From IMG/VR virus record IMGVR_UViG_3300034104_006372, positions 1-62,078 of that record: a DNA stretch of 62,078 nt. One strand, given 5' to 3'. This document shows, one piece after another, positions 28,036-37,297 of this stretch. The translations under genes were made by a program, and so were the position numbers. The DNA is from a virus. Lineage: Duplodnaviria > Caudoviricetes. Within the stretch, counting starts at the first letter, position 1, and the number at the start of each line of letters is the position of its first letter. Below the pieces are notes generated by a model. It was not told where the DNA came from and ran no database searches. It saw only the letters and a list, made by a program, of their open reading frames with translations.

Positions 28036-29198
28036 TATTTAGATAATTTAGCAGCTATTGCCATTTCATGTTTTTTTTCTTTAGATTTGCCTTGGAATTG
28101 CGAAGCATCACTTTTAGCAAAGTCTTCAATGTATTTCTTCATTGGTGTTTTTGCGGTAAGTTTTTCTCTAATTAACTCTTCAAGTTTTTTTAGTTTAGAG
28201 TTTGGATTTGGGATTAGGGAGATTTTTTCCACAGTAGGATCTGTAAATTCTCCTTTTTCACTTGGAGCTCTTTGAACTAAAGCTTGGGTTGGTTCATCAC
28301 CTACTTTAGTTTTAATTAATTTCTTGATTACTTTTTCTATATTGTTGTGGGATATTTTATCTCCTACTTCAAATTCTATAGGTGATTTTTCTTCCATCAT
28401 GGTGTCCATCATAGCATCGATTTGAGCTACTTTTTCTTCACCATCTAGATAATCAAAAGCACTATCTAACATAGCATTGGCTTTAATGATTTTTTTCTGC
28501 CACCACTGTGGAAAATCAACTTCACCACCCATTCTATCGTACTTATCTATTTTTTGATACAACATTTGTATCATTTTTCCTGCTCTAACTAGTTCAGATT
28601 TTAACATATGTGGCTCATCATCTTGATGTCCTACATCTAGGTCTTCTTCTAAACCACGTTCTTGACGGTATTTTTTTACATCCTCCTGGATTTCATCATC
28701 TGTAGGTGGGATTAGTGTATCATAATCTTCCATAGATAAGATACCTCTTTGTTTGCTTAAAGCAATAGTTTTGGTAGCTAATTCGTGTAAGTCCATGTCA
28801 TCTGCTGCATCTTCTTTAGCATATTCTAGCATACGGATAAATAAAGGAACATCTAATGTTACAATATCGATTGCATCTTGTTGTTCTTCTTCTTTAACCA
28901 TATTTTTTTTCTTCATTGCTCTTAAAGCTTCAAAGTCAGATGCTTCGATTTCCCCATTATCATTTACATCCAACTGTTTTTGTTTTGTAGTAAGAGCGGC
29001 TTCTATCATGCCTTTAAGATTTTCTAAATTCATGGTTTCTTGTTTCTTTTTTGCTTGCTTTATTGCTGTACCATACATAACTTTTTCTGCGTCCTTACCA
29101 TATTTTTTAACCAATGAACGTTTGCTTTTAAGTAGACCCTTAAGAGAAATATCTCTTTGTTCTAGTTCATTTTCAGTAAGTTTACGCTCGTTAAGCAT
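28035..29198 (-). CDS. modular acidic/basic head protein
   Basis: Several short modules separated by x-x-E linkers. Confidence 0.65.
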   Translation of the reverse strand: MLNERKLTENELEQRDISLKGLLKSKRSLVKKYGKDAEKVMYGTAIKQAKKKQETMNLENLKGMIEAALTTKQKQLDVNDNGEIEASDFEALRAMKKKNMVKEEEQQDAIDIVTLDVPLFIRMLEYAKEDAADDMDLHELATKTIALSKQRGILSMEDYDTLIPPTDDEIQEDVKKYRQERGLEEDLDVGHQDDEPHMLKSELVRAGKMIQMLYQKIDKYDRMGGEVDFPQWWQKKIIKANAMLDSAFDYLDGEEKVAQIDAMMDTMMEEKSPIEFEVGDKISHNNIEKVIKKLIKTKVGDEPTQALVQRAPSEKGEFTDPTVEKISLIPNPNSKLKKLEELIREKLTAKTPMKKYIEDFAKSDASQFQGKSKEKKHEMAIAAKLSK

Positions 29199-29199
29199 A

Positions 29200-29760
29200 T
29201 TATCTTTCTACTACATGGGTTCTAGTAAAGAAAGTAATAGAGTTGCCAATTTGATCAGCTAATTTTTGATCGCCAACTGCCATGGCATTGTCATAAGCAA
29301 TTTTTAAGCTATTTTGGATTTCTTGTTCTTCAGCTGATAAGCCTTGAGCAGGAGCTGCTTCAACGTCAACATCTACTTCAGCATCCATTTCTTCTTCTTC
29401 TGCTGGTGCTTCTTCTTCGTCTTTTTTAGCTTCATCAAGAGGCATGTCTTCCATATCTTCGAATTCTTCATTATCAAGCATGTCAAAGATATCTTGCATA
29501 GATAATTCATCCTCATCGTATTCAGGGCGAATGCCATAAAATTCCATTTTACGCCCCTCTCGTTCCTCTGCATCGTAATTCTCGTCTTCACTTAAAGTAG
29601 AAAGAATTTCTTCACGAATTTTGGCTTTAAGCTCAGACATTTTCATCTTAGCAGTCTTAGGAGCCTCTTGTGCTTCAGTGATTAGTTTTGTGGATTGAGT
29701 TTTTTCACCCTTGAATAATGGGTTATTTTTTAAATACTCAATATAGTTAAAATCGCTCAT
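29200..29760 (-). CDS. acidic putative internal head protein
   Basis: [10 protein letters not shown] and internal [13 protein letters not shown] motifs. Confidence 0.65.
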   Translation of the reverse strand: MSDFNYIEYLKNNPLFKGEKTQSTKLITEAQEAPKTAKMKMSELKAKIREEILSTLSEDENYDAEEREGRKMEFYGIRPEYDEDELSMQDIFDMLDNEEFEDMEDMPLDEAKKDEEEAPAEEEEMDAEVDVDVEAAPAQGLSAEEQEIQNSLKIAYDNAMAVGDQKLADQIGNSITFFTRTHVVER

Positions 29761-29774
29761 GGTTATATTTTATT

Positions 29775-29782
29775 TATAAATA
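29775..29782 (-). promoter_or_regulatory. putative late promoter TATTTATA
   Basis: Recurrent motif. Confidence 0.65.
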
Positions 29783-29789
29783 TTAAAAA

Positions 29790-29921
29790 TTAGTCTTTGG
29801 ATCCTTTAGGTTGTGGAGTTACTTCTTTATCCTTAGTAGATTCTTTTACTTGTTGTTCACCTAAATAATGTTTTAAGTAACGCTCTAAATTCCACTTATG
29901 GATGTCAAAATTATCTTTCAT
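29790..29921 (-). CDS. 43-aa peptide MKDNFDIHKWNLERYLKHYLGEQQVKESTKDKEVTPQPKGSKD
   Basis: Hand translation; has its own late motif at 29939-29946; below the ORF-track cutoff. Confidence 0.6.
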   Translation of the reverse strand: MKDNFDIHKWNLERYLKHYLGEQQVKESTKDKEVTPQPKGSKD

Positions 29922-29938
29922 AATATTAGTGTATATGT

Positions 29939-29946
29939 TATAAATA
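29939..29946 (-). promoter_or_regulatory. putative late promoter TATTTATA
   Basis: Recurrent motif. Confidence 0.6.
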
Positions 29947-29953
29947 TGCAGAA

Positions 29954-30529
29954 CTACCTTTTAAGCGATTCTAAATATTTAACCACTTCTTCTACGCTAT
30001 TATTTACTAGTTCTACATTTATTTTACCTCTCCATTTTTCAACATCCCCGTCTTCGGAAACAAAAGAATTGTTGCTTTCGCTTAATTTTTCTTCAATCCA
30101 CAATTTATATTCAATAATTTTATTCTCTATTTCATTGTTATGGATTCTGTTTTCGTATTCTTCCCACTTGCCTTCTTTTCTTAGGTTTGCCTCCATATCA
30201 ATAACGCAGTTAAAACACATTTTATGTATGTTATAAAATGGTTTATCGTTACGATTTTTCATTACTTTGCTGCAAACTGGACATAACAAAGGCATTACAT
30301 GGTATTTTTTAGCTTTATCAAATTTAGTTACATTTTGTTTAATACCACCTTTAATAGTCCAAGTTCTACCATCTATTTCCCATATATCTCCTTCAGTATG
30401 AAATTCTTCTTTTTTGGAAAATCCAACGCTTGAACGTGATTTTTCTCCATACTTACCTTGTACAAGATTACGAAGACGTTGTACATCTTTTTCTTTAAAG
30501 TCTTTCTTTAAAACTGATTCTTTACTCAT
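29954..30529 (-). CDS. hypothetical protein with CxxC..CxxC zinc finger
   Basis: CPVC..CFNC. Confidence 0.7.
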   Translation of the reverse strand: MSKESVLKKDFKEKDVQRLRNLVQGKYGEKSRSSVGFSKKEEFHTEGDIWEIDGRTWTIKGGIKQNVTKFDKAKKYHVMPLLCPVCSKVMKNRNDKPFYNIHKMCFNCVIDMEANLRKEGKWEEYENRIHNNEIENKIIEYKLWIEEKLSESNNSFVSEDGDVEKWRGKINVELVNNSVEEVVKYLESLKR

Positions 30530-32532
30530 AAACCTAATTGTTTTAATTGTTTAATGGTATTAGCAGTATTGGTATGAAGTATACCTATACCACCTGCTGC
30601 TTTCCATTGGTCTATATTTTTTTGTCTATCATCTATTAAAATAGAAGTTGGAGAAGCATATTCCTGTTTTTGAGAGGCATATTTTAAAATAAGCTTTACA
30701 CCAGGTAATTCTCGCTTTACCCAAACTCTTTTACCTAATTTAGAGGATTCTTCGCGTGATGGGGCAGACAATAGTATTGGATTATATTTTTTAATATAGT
30801 CCCATAGTTGTTTTCCGTCTGACATCCATTGCAGCGTAATCCAAAATTTGGCTCCTGCTTTAGAAAGTGGATCCCAAAATGCTTCTACCCCGTTAGCATC
30901 TGCTTGTTGGCTAGTCATACCTGTTAATTCTTGGTATCCACGATCAAAATCAACTAATACACTATCCATATCACAGTATATTGTATATTCTGTTTCTTCT
31001 TCCCTTAAACGGGCTAATTCCATAGCGTATGCGTTTAAGCCAAATGGATCTTTAGATTTCTTTTCCCTTAAACTATCGGACCAATTTCTAAAAGTAATGT
31101 TACCTTCCTCGTATGCTTCTCTTTCAATACCTTCTAAATAATCATCCTCGTTTGTATTAGTAGTTTTAATATCTCCGGTTCCAATTCTACCCTCTAGATT
31201 TTGGATGTGGTGAATCATTTCATGAGAAAATGATCGTACTATATCTTTAGGATGGCGTCCTTCAGTATATAATACAATTTCCATAGTTTTGGGTTTGTAA
31301 TACGCAGTTTTGCCTAAAAATTGTTTAGCATTTTCTGCATCTCCATGTTTGAATATTACTTTAGGTAAAGGAACAATATTCATCCCTTTATCTATCATAT
31401 GTTGAGTTAGCTCTTTAATTTTTTGCTTTATATCTATGTGCTGTGAATATGAAGCATTTTCGTTTAAAGAGTTGGATTTAGGTATATTTAAATCCTTAGT
31501 ATTAAAATAAGTTTTTAAATCAATACCTTTATTTTTAGCATCTTTTAAATCAATAGTTTCAGGAACTATACCTTCTTCCCATTCAGTTTCAGGAGTTGCT
31601 AAAACAACATCACTATCATTTAAAATAATAGCCTTTATTTCAGGTACATTTCCTATTTTAAAGGCACCTAAACGGTGATTACCATCCACAACTAAATATT
31701 TTCCAGGTAATAGTGGGTGTTTTAAAGCCACAACTGGGGAGAATGATTCTATACCTTTTTCTTTAACAGACTTTATCATTTTTTCAATATAAGATTTTTT
31801 TTCTGTATTGAAATAATTAAAATCTTTACCGGGTTCATTTCCAATGCTATCGCTAACTTTTAAAACTTTTACTTCTCCTTTTGGATTTTCAGCAATATCA
31901 CTTCCTTGAAAATTTGGATATATAATAGTTTTATCAGAAGGTTGATCTAAATTTTCTTGCATTTTACCAGATACTATTTGGTATACTTCCTTTTTTTCTT
32001 CGGGTGTTAAAACACTAGGTAGAAAGGGTTCAAACTTTTCAAATGATACTTTAGAAGCATTTCTAGCAGCTGTACCTGATACTCCACCTTTAGTTATAAT
32101 AGTTCTAGCCTCAATATTTGGGTAGTTGGTTATAGATTTGGTACGTGAACCAATATCTGTAAAATCTTGTTCATTGTCTTCTCTAGCACCTAAAATCCAT
32201 AATATTTCTCTTGTGGGGTGATTTTTTGCAAAATCATATACTGCTTTAATTGGGGGTAAAGAACTAAGTTCTATTTTAACCTTAAATGGTAGATACTTGT
32301 TGTATATTTCCCAAATTAATAAAGATTCCTCTTGCGATACACCATCACGTTCTTTGGAACCTACAAAAATTATAAATTCATCTATTTCTGGGTTTTGCTT
32401 AAGTGCTTCTTGCACAACAGCAAAATGACCTGCTGTAGGGGGTTTAAATCCACCTGCATATAAGGCAGTGGTTTGTTTTTTTTCTTCCTCGGGTAAGAAG
32501 TTTTTAATTATTTCTTGTACTAATCTATTCAT
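30526..32532 (-). CDS. four-domain protein: HxGH-type nucleotidyltransferase + ParB/Srx + HExxH zincin + HAD 5'(3')-nucleotidase
   Basis: GGFKPPTAGH and SGTAAR; VVDGNHRL; SHEMIHH..EREAY; YCDMDSVL..LIDD. Confidence 0.75.
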   Translation of the reverse strand: MNRLVQEIIKNFLPEEEKKQTTALYAGGFKPPTAGHFAVVQEALKQNPEIDEFIIFVGSKERDGVSQEESLLIWEIYNKYLPFKVKIELSSLPPIKAVYDFAKNHPTREILWILGAREDNEQDFTDIGSRTKSITNYPNIEARTIITKGGVSGTAARNASKVSFEKFEPFLPSVLTPEEKKEVYQIVSGKMQENLDQPSDKTIIYPNFQGSDIAENPKGEVKVLKVSDSIGNEPGKDFNYFNTEKKSYIEKMIKSVKEKGIESFSPVVALKHPLLPGKYLVVDGNHRLGAFKIGNVPEIKAIILNDSDVVLATPETEWEEGIVPETIDLKDAKNKGIDLKTYFNTKDLNIPKSNSLNENASYSQHIDIKQKIKELTQHMIDKGMNIVPLPKVIFKHGDAENAKQFLGKTAYYKPKTMEIVLYTEGRHPKDIVRSFSHEMIHHIQNLEGRIGTGDIKTTNTNEDDYLEGIEREAYEEGNITFRNWSDSLREKKSKDPFGLNAYAMELARLREEETEYTIYCDMDSVLVDFDRGYQELTGMTSQQADANGVEAFWDPLSKAGAKFWITLQWMSDGKQLWDYIKKYNPILLSAPSREESSKLGKRVWVKRELPGVKLILKYASQKQEYASPTSILIDDRQKNIDQWKAAGGIGILHTNTANTIKQLKQLGL

Positions 32533-33332
32533 TTAGATAAGAATTGTTGTATTTTAGATTGTGCTTCTTCCTTAGAAACAGAATTGTTGATTATATTAGC
32601 TACCCCTTCGTCTTGCAGTAAAGTAGATACTTCTTGGCTTAATTGTTCTCTTGCTTTTTTAGCTCGAGCTTGCGCTTTAGGATTTTTTTCTTTAGTATCT
32701 TGTGGGGAAAATGGTTTAAGATATTTGTCTACAATAGATTCTAAATCTTTTAACTTTTCATCCTTTAAAGTATTAGATATAGATACAAAATTATTACCAA
32801 ACATTGATTTGTAAATATTATAATTTTTAGTTACCTCCGCCCAAGTACGTAATACAATAGCTGGGGCTAGACTTCTGTCGGTACCTCCAGATTTCTCAAA
32901 TCTATCTTGGTTTTGTTGCAATGCACGTTCTAAATCAGTATAAACGTATAACATAAATACTTCATACCCTGCATTTTCTAATTCGGATTTTAGCTCACTC
33001 GTTTGTTTAACAGATGAAGCTGTACCATCTAATATAAATGATTCTTGATTAGCTATAGCTTGTGGGATAGTTTCTTTCTTTAATTTAGAAGTTGCTTGAA
33101 CCATTGCTTGGGCAGCTGCACTTCTGTCCTCAGGACCAAGAGATTTTAAATCTAAAGAAATATTAGCCTGTTTTAGTAAGTCTATAAAGGTATTATCTAG
33201 ATTAAAGATTTTTAAACCACCTAAATCTAGACCCTTTAAAATAAATCCCTTCCCAGCTCCAGGAGCTCCAGCTAATATGATAGCTTTGGGGGTTCCTTGT
33301 ACTTCTTTTAACAGCTGCATTAAACTAATCAT
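32529..33332 (-). CDS. zeta-toxin/AAA_33-like P-loop kinase (likely start MISLMQLLKE at 33332)
   Basis: GAPGAGKG, ILDGT, GYEVFMLYV; late motif 14 nt upstream of the revised start. Confidence 0.75.
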   Translation of the reverse strand: MISLMQLLKEVQGTPKAIILAGAPGAGKGFILKGLDLGGLKIFNLDNTFIDLLKQANISLDLKSLGPEDRSAAAQAMVQATSKLKKETIPQAIANQESFILDGTASSVKQTSELKSELENAGYEVFMLYVYTDLERALQQNQDRFEKSGGTDRSLAPAIVLRTWAEVTKNYNIYKSMFGNNFVSISNTLKDEKLKDLESIVDKYLKPFSPQDTKEKNPKAQARAKKAREQLSQEVSTLLQDEGVANIINNSVSKEEAQSKIQQFLSK

Positions 33333-33346
33333 AAAAAGTAGTTTAT

Positions 33347-33354
33347 TATAAATA
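33347..33354 (-). promoter_or_regulatory. putative late promoter TATTTATA
   Basis: Recurrent motif. Confidence 0.65.
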
Positions 33355-33414
33355 TAACCTTTATTTAAAATTTGACGATATAAATATATGAAGGAACTTT
33401 CGTTCCTCCACATT

Positions 33415-34185
33415 TTATCCTATATTTCTTTTTATAGTTGTTACAAAACTTTCGCTAGCTGGTTTGTGTTTTGGATTTTCTAAACTAAATATTTTATATA
33501 CTGATTTGAATATATCTAGGTTTTCCTCTTGTGTTCTTTCAGATTCGTGAATTTCCCAATTTTTACCTTTAATTTTATTGCCACTTTTATCTTCACCTCG
33601 TGAAGATGATTTGAGCCAAAGTATACCTACTCGATCAATTTTCTTTTCAAAACATTCTTCATAGCATTTAGCATAAACTGCTCCTTGCAAATCGTAGGTG
33701 GTTTGTAAATGGTTAGATGTTTTTAAATCTATAATCCATCTTTCACCCCCAAATTCACATACCAAATCACAAGTACCTGCTACTTTTAATTCATCTGAAA
33801 ATAGATGAACTTCAGTTTCAATTAAAGTTGGTGTGTGTGTTTCCCAAAAATCTACAAAGCGCAAAACCATTTTCCAGATTTCAATATCCATTGTAGGGTA
33901 TCCTTTAGAATCTAAATAATTAATTTCTTCACCATTTAGGTATGATTCTATAAGTTCGTGGGTTAATGTACCAGCTTCAGCAGATTTTTTCACAATATAA
34001 TCCGCAGTATAACCATGTCGCTTCAACCATTCTTCAAAATGTTTACCTTTGGGGTAAGAATTTAGAATATATGTAATTGAAGGATAATATTCTCCATTAC
34101 GTCTGTAGTATCTTGAATCTGGGAGGGTGATTTGTTTGTGATCCTTAGATACCTCTAGGATACGATTATATGATTTTTTGATCAT
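33415..34185 (-). CDS. PD-(D/E)xK exonuclease
   Basis: YPSITYIL, GTLTH, AGTCDL, IIDLKTS, Q..VY. Confidence 0.85.
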   Translation of the reverse strand: MIKKSYNRILEVSKDHKQITLPDSRYYRRNGEYYPSITYILNSYPKGKHFEEWLKRHGYTADYIVKKSAEAGTLTHELIESYLNGEEINYLDSKGYPTMDIEIWKMVLRFVDFWETHTPTLIETEVHLFSDELKVAGTCDLVCEFGGERWIIDLKTSNHLQTTYDLQGAVYAKCYEECFEKKIDRVGILWLKSSSRGEDKSGNKIKGKNWEIHESERTQEENLDIFKSVYKIFSLENPKHKPASESFVTTIKRNIG

Positions 34186-35114
34186 AATGTTAGTTTTTTC
34201 TCCATTAAACCATAGTAGGTTAAAGGGATTGTGTTTTGGATTAATTTAGTAAAATTTCTGAAGCCAAGTTCAGATGGGTCTTTGCTGGTTAGTTCAACTA
34301 GATAAACTTCTTTACCTTCGTTTATTAACATTTCACAAAATTTTAATGCCTGTTTAATGGCGTCTTTATCTAAAGCTATATAAATTTTATCTATTGCTGA
34401 TGTTACTATTCGTTTCATCAAATTAGGTTCAATGCTTTTACCTAATAAAGGAATAGCATTTCGTTTAATTGCAATAGCATCAAATAGTCCCTCACATAGT
34501 ACTATTGGAAGATTCCAATTGATCAAATGTTCATTTGGGATTATGTCTCGACTAACGGAAGGATTTCTATATTTTACGTAGGGATTTTTTTCAAAGGAAC
34601 GAGCTGTAAAGTAGTTTAAATTACCATCTTTATCATAAGTTGGCAATATAATCATGTTAGCATACAGTCCTTTAGAACAGTATCCAATATTATATTTTAT
34701 AACATCGTGTTGACTAATATTACGTTTTTTTAGGTAGATTAGCGCGTGTTTAGCCATGATATCATTTGGATCAGGACACGCTAAGCTAATATATTCCTCA
34801 GGTAAAGACACGGTATTTACCGTTTGAGTATTTTTAATTGAGTAGGTAGAAGAGGACACTAAAGCCTTAACCTTAGATATGTTTTCAGGGGTGGTTTTAC
34901 ACTGCTTAAATAAAGTATAAATGCTATTTCCTCGCGTATCGCAAGACCAGCAATGCCATGGGTTTTTACCTTCTTTGTTTTCCGTTAAGTTAACCTCTAG
35001 TTTAGGTTTAACGTGATGACAAAAAGGACAATGGTAGGCATAGTTGTTTCGGGCTGTTGATTTGCCCACTCCTAAAACCGAGTTTACTAATGCTAATAGC
35101 AGTTGATTCACCAT
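34182..35114 (-). CDS. DNA primase (zinc finger + TOPRIM)
   Basis: CPFC..HCWSC, LCEGLFDA, IALDKDA, KDPSE. Confidence 0.9.
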   Translation of the reverse strand: MVNQLLLALVNSVLGVGKSTARNNYAYHCPFCHHVKPKLEVNLTENKEGKNPWHCWSCDTRGNSIYTLFKQCKTTPENISKVKALVSSSTYSIKNTQTVNTVSLPEEYISLACPDPNDIMAKHALIYLKKRNISQHDVIKYNIGYCSKGLYANMIILPTYDKDGNLNYFTARSFEKNPYVKYRNPSVSRDIIPNEHLINWNLPIVLCEGLFDAIAIKRNAIPLLGKSIEPNLMKRIVTSAIDKIYIALDKDAIKQALKFCEMLINEGKEVYLVELTSKDPSELGFRNFTKLIQNTIPLTYYGLMEKKLTL

Positions 35115-35138
35115 AACCCTTAATATAATATATGGGGT

Positions 35139-35588
35139 TTAGGAAGACAAAAAATCCTTGGAGAAAAATTTTCCTAAAATATTGTTGTTAAACCAGTCAT
35201 TGGGGTGTTCCAAAACCTCGTATATGAATTGATATTTAACCTCAAAATACGTAAGCAATTTTTTATTATCAACTAATTTTAAAATAACTCGTTCAAACTC
35301 GTTGTGTTTACCTTCAGCTAGTAACTTTTTAATTTCTATTTCAGATCCATAATATGTTTTCCAATCTGATTCTTTAGTTACTATTTTGGTAGTAGATTTT
35401 CTACCTGGACCTGTTTGTGTAGCTATTTCCTTTTTTCCTAATTTAGTTTTTTTATTGTGGTAAAGTACTTTTTTACCAATATAGGATTTATTTGTAGGGG
35501 TATGTGTTACTATGTAAACAAAACCGTACGTGTTTTCTGGAAATTGAGAAATATCCTCAATTGTACTACCTTTATATAACCAATTCAT
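35139..35588 (-). CDS. GIY-YIG family nuclease-like protein
   Basis: GFVYIV..SYIGKK, YYGS, FNNNI. Confidence 0.7.
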   Translation of the reverse strand: MNWLYKGSTIEDISQFPENTYGFVYIVTHTPTNKSYIGKKVLYHNKKTKLGKKEIATQTGPGRKSTTKIVTKESDWKTYYGSEIEIKKLLAEGKHNEFERVILKLVDNKKLLTYFEVKYQFIYEVLEHPNDWFNNNILGKFFSKDFLSS

Positions 35589-35594
35589 ATTTAA

Positions 35595-35924
35595 TTATTT
35601 ATCAAAGTTTACTAATATTGTAGTATCTGTAGTACGAGAGGTAGGTAATGGTTTAGCTAGTTTAGCTACTGCTAATAAATTATAAGAATTATCATATAAA
35701 CCTACTGTTGTAACATAAGGTGCAAAGAAAGAACCTGTTGCAAAATCGTACAATTGTCCTTCACTACCTGAAATTAGGGATGGGTTTAGGGAATAATTAA
35801 ATTCATCTGCTCCAATAGTACATTTATATTGTGTTTCATATAACGTATATGAACTTGAGAATGAACAAGTTACATTAGAACCGGTTACAAATGCTAATAT
35901 AAAATCCGTGTGTAATGAAGGCAT
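35595..35924 (-). CDS. C-terminal half of a split baseplate/tail structural protein
   Basis: EFNYSLNPS..TTVGLY..LLAVAKL matches the C-terminus of paralog 38835..39854. Confidence 0.75.
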   Translation of the reverse strand: MPSLHTDFILAFVTGSNVTCSFSSSYTLYETQYKCTIGADEFNYSLNPSLISGSEGQLYDFATGSFFAPYVTTVGLYDNSYNLLAVAKLAKPLPTSRTTDTTILVNFDK

Positions 35925-35939
35925 TATTTAATATATTTG

Positions 35940-36551
35940 TTATAAATATTTATCTAAATGATCTTTCCATAAAAATTTAGTTACGGGCGTATTATAATTA
36001 TCTTGATAAAAATACAGTCCATCTTTAGGAGTTAGATAAATATATTCTTTACTATGCATAGCAATAATAATATCGCAAAATTCGCTAGATTGAAGGGATT
36101 GATTTAAAAAATTTAACATTAATTGGGCCGATTCTAAGCTAGGGATAAGACAAGGAGTTAAAGATAACATATAATAAGATCTATAAAAATGATCATTATA
36201 ATCTGTTATGTACATATTGGGTTTAATTCCCCCACAATCATATAAACTTCCCCCTAAAAATATAAAAGTAGCTTCTTCAGGTATATCAATAACCTCAGGT
36301 ATATTACTTATGGGTTTAATATCATCATCTAATGTTATAAATGGAAATATATCATTATTAATAGCTTGTTCCATTAATTTAATATGTCCTAAGGTTATTC
36401 GGTTTTGTCTTAAAGATGATTCGGCATTATTAAGAATTTGGGTATAAGGCACTCCCCAATTACTTAACATATTATCCATATTTATTTTTCTATCAGGATA
36501 ACCTTCATAGTTAAGATAATAAAAATGAATATCTTTGAAATTTACAACCAT
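35940..36551 (-). CDS. glycosyltransferase, GT25-like
   Basis: YYLN..RK..M, GH..L, ITLDDD, IFLGG pattern. Confidence 0.55.
   Translation of the reverse strand: MVVNFKDIHFYYLNYEGYPDRKINMDNMLSNWGVPYTQILNNAESSLRQNRITLGHIKLMEQAINNDIFPFITLDDDIKPISNIPEVIDIPEEATFIFLGGSLYDCGGIKPNMYITDYNDHFYRSYYMLSLTPCLIPSLESAQLMLNFLNQSLQSSEFCDIIIAMHSKEYIYLTPKDGLYFYQDNYNTPVTKFLWKDHLDKYL
35941..35948 (-). promoter_or_regulatory. putative late promoter TATTTATA for the C-terminal half-gene
   Basis: Recurrent motif overlapping the GT25-like stop codon. Confidence 0.55.
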
Positions 36552-37297
36552 ATAATGGTATTATTACTTATATTAAATAATTTATCTCTATTTTCTAATA
36601 AATTTTTCTTGTGTTCATTTATATCTAAATCTGAGCGTCTAGTTTCACCTATTCCTCCCTTATCGCTTATATCAAATGCAAATTGTTCACAGGGAACAGT
36701 ATAAGGAGGGTTATAATGAAAATATGTGTTAATATAACTTTCGTCATTTACTCCTGGTTCATATGGTATTTTTTTATCTTCTAGTTGCCACTCTCGAAGT
36801 GTAGTACAAAAATCAATTATTTTATCTTTTTTTCCACCAAAAAAGGCACCATAATGATAAGTATAGGGTAGAGGAGAATCATATGGCACATAAGCTTTGG
36901 ATTGGGGGAATCTATCAAACCCTTTGCCATCAGATAAAAATGATCTATTTCCAAAATGTTCACCTCCAACTAAATCACCTAAAAACCATTCTTCAGTAAA
37001 ATCCCTAGAAATATTAGTATCGGCATCAAAATAAAATAGATAATCACTTTTACAATTAGATAAACTAACTATATTTTTAAACTTTGAATTAGTACCATCT
37101 AACCAATTAGTATGAGAATCAAAATGATATTCTACATCAATATTATCAGATAGATATGGTTTAGGGTCTGTATCTGAAAAGAAATAGAATGTAATATTTT
37201 TATTTCCTTTATAATAATGAATAAATCTTTTTACAAACCTAATTCCTAAAACAAAATAAGCATTTGTTGCTATTACAACAATTCCTATATTAGACAT
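36542..37297 (-). CDS. GT6 (ABO/alpha-1,3-Gal-type) glycosyltransferase (likely start MSNIG at 37297)
   Basis: IGIVVIATNAY, DYLFYFDAD, YHYGAFFGG, NDESYIN motifs. Confidence 0.85.
   Translation of the reverse strand: MSNIGIVVIATNAYFVLGIRFVKRFIHYYKGNKNITFYFFSDTDPKPYLSDNIDVEYHFDSHTNWLDGTNSKFKNIVSLSNCKSDYLFYFDADTNISRDFTEEWFLGDLVGGEHFGNRSFLSDGKGFDRFPQSKAYVPYDSPLPYTYHYGAFFGGKKDKIIDFCTTLREWQLEDKKIPYEPGVNDESYINTYFHYNPPYTVPCEQFAFDISDKGGIGETRRSDLDINEHKKNLLENRDKLFNISNNTIIWL

Noticed and set aside
29373-29591. Nested 72-aa minus-strand ORF
   Set aside because: Alternative frame inside 29200..29760 with no independent support
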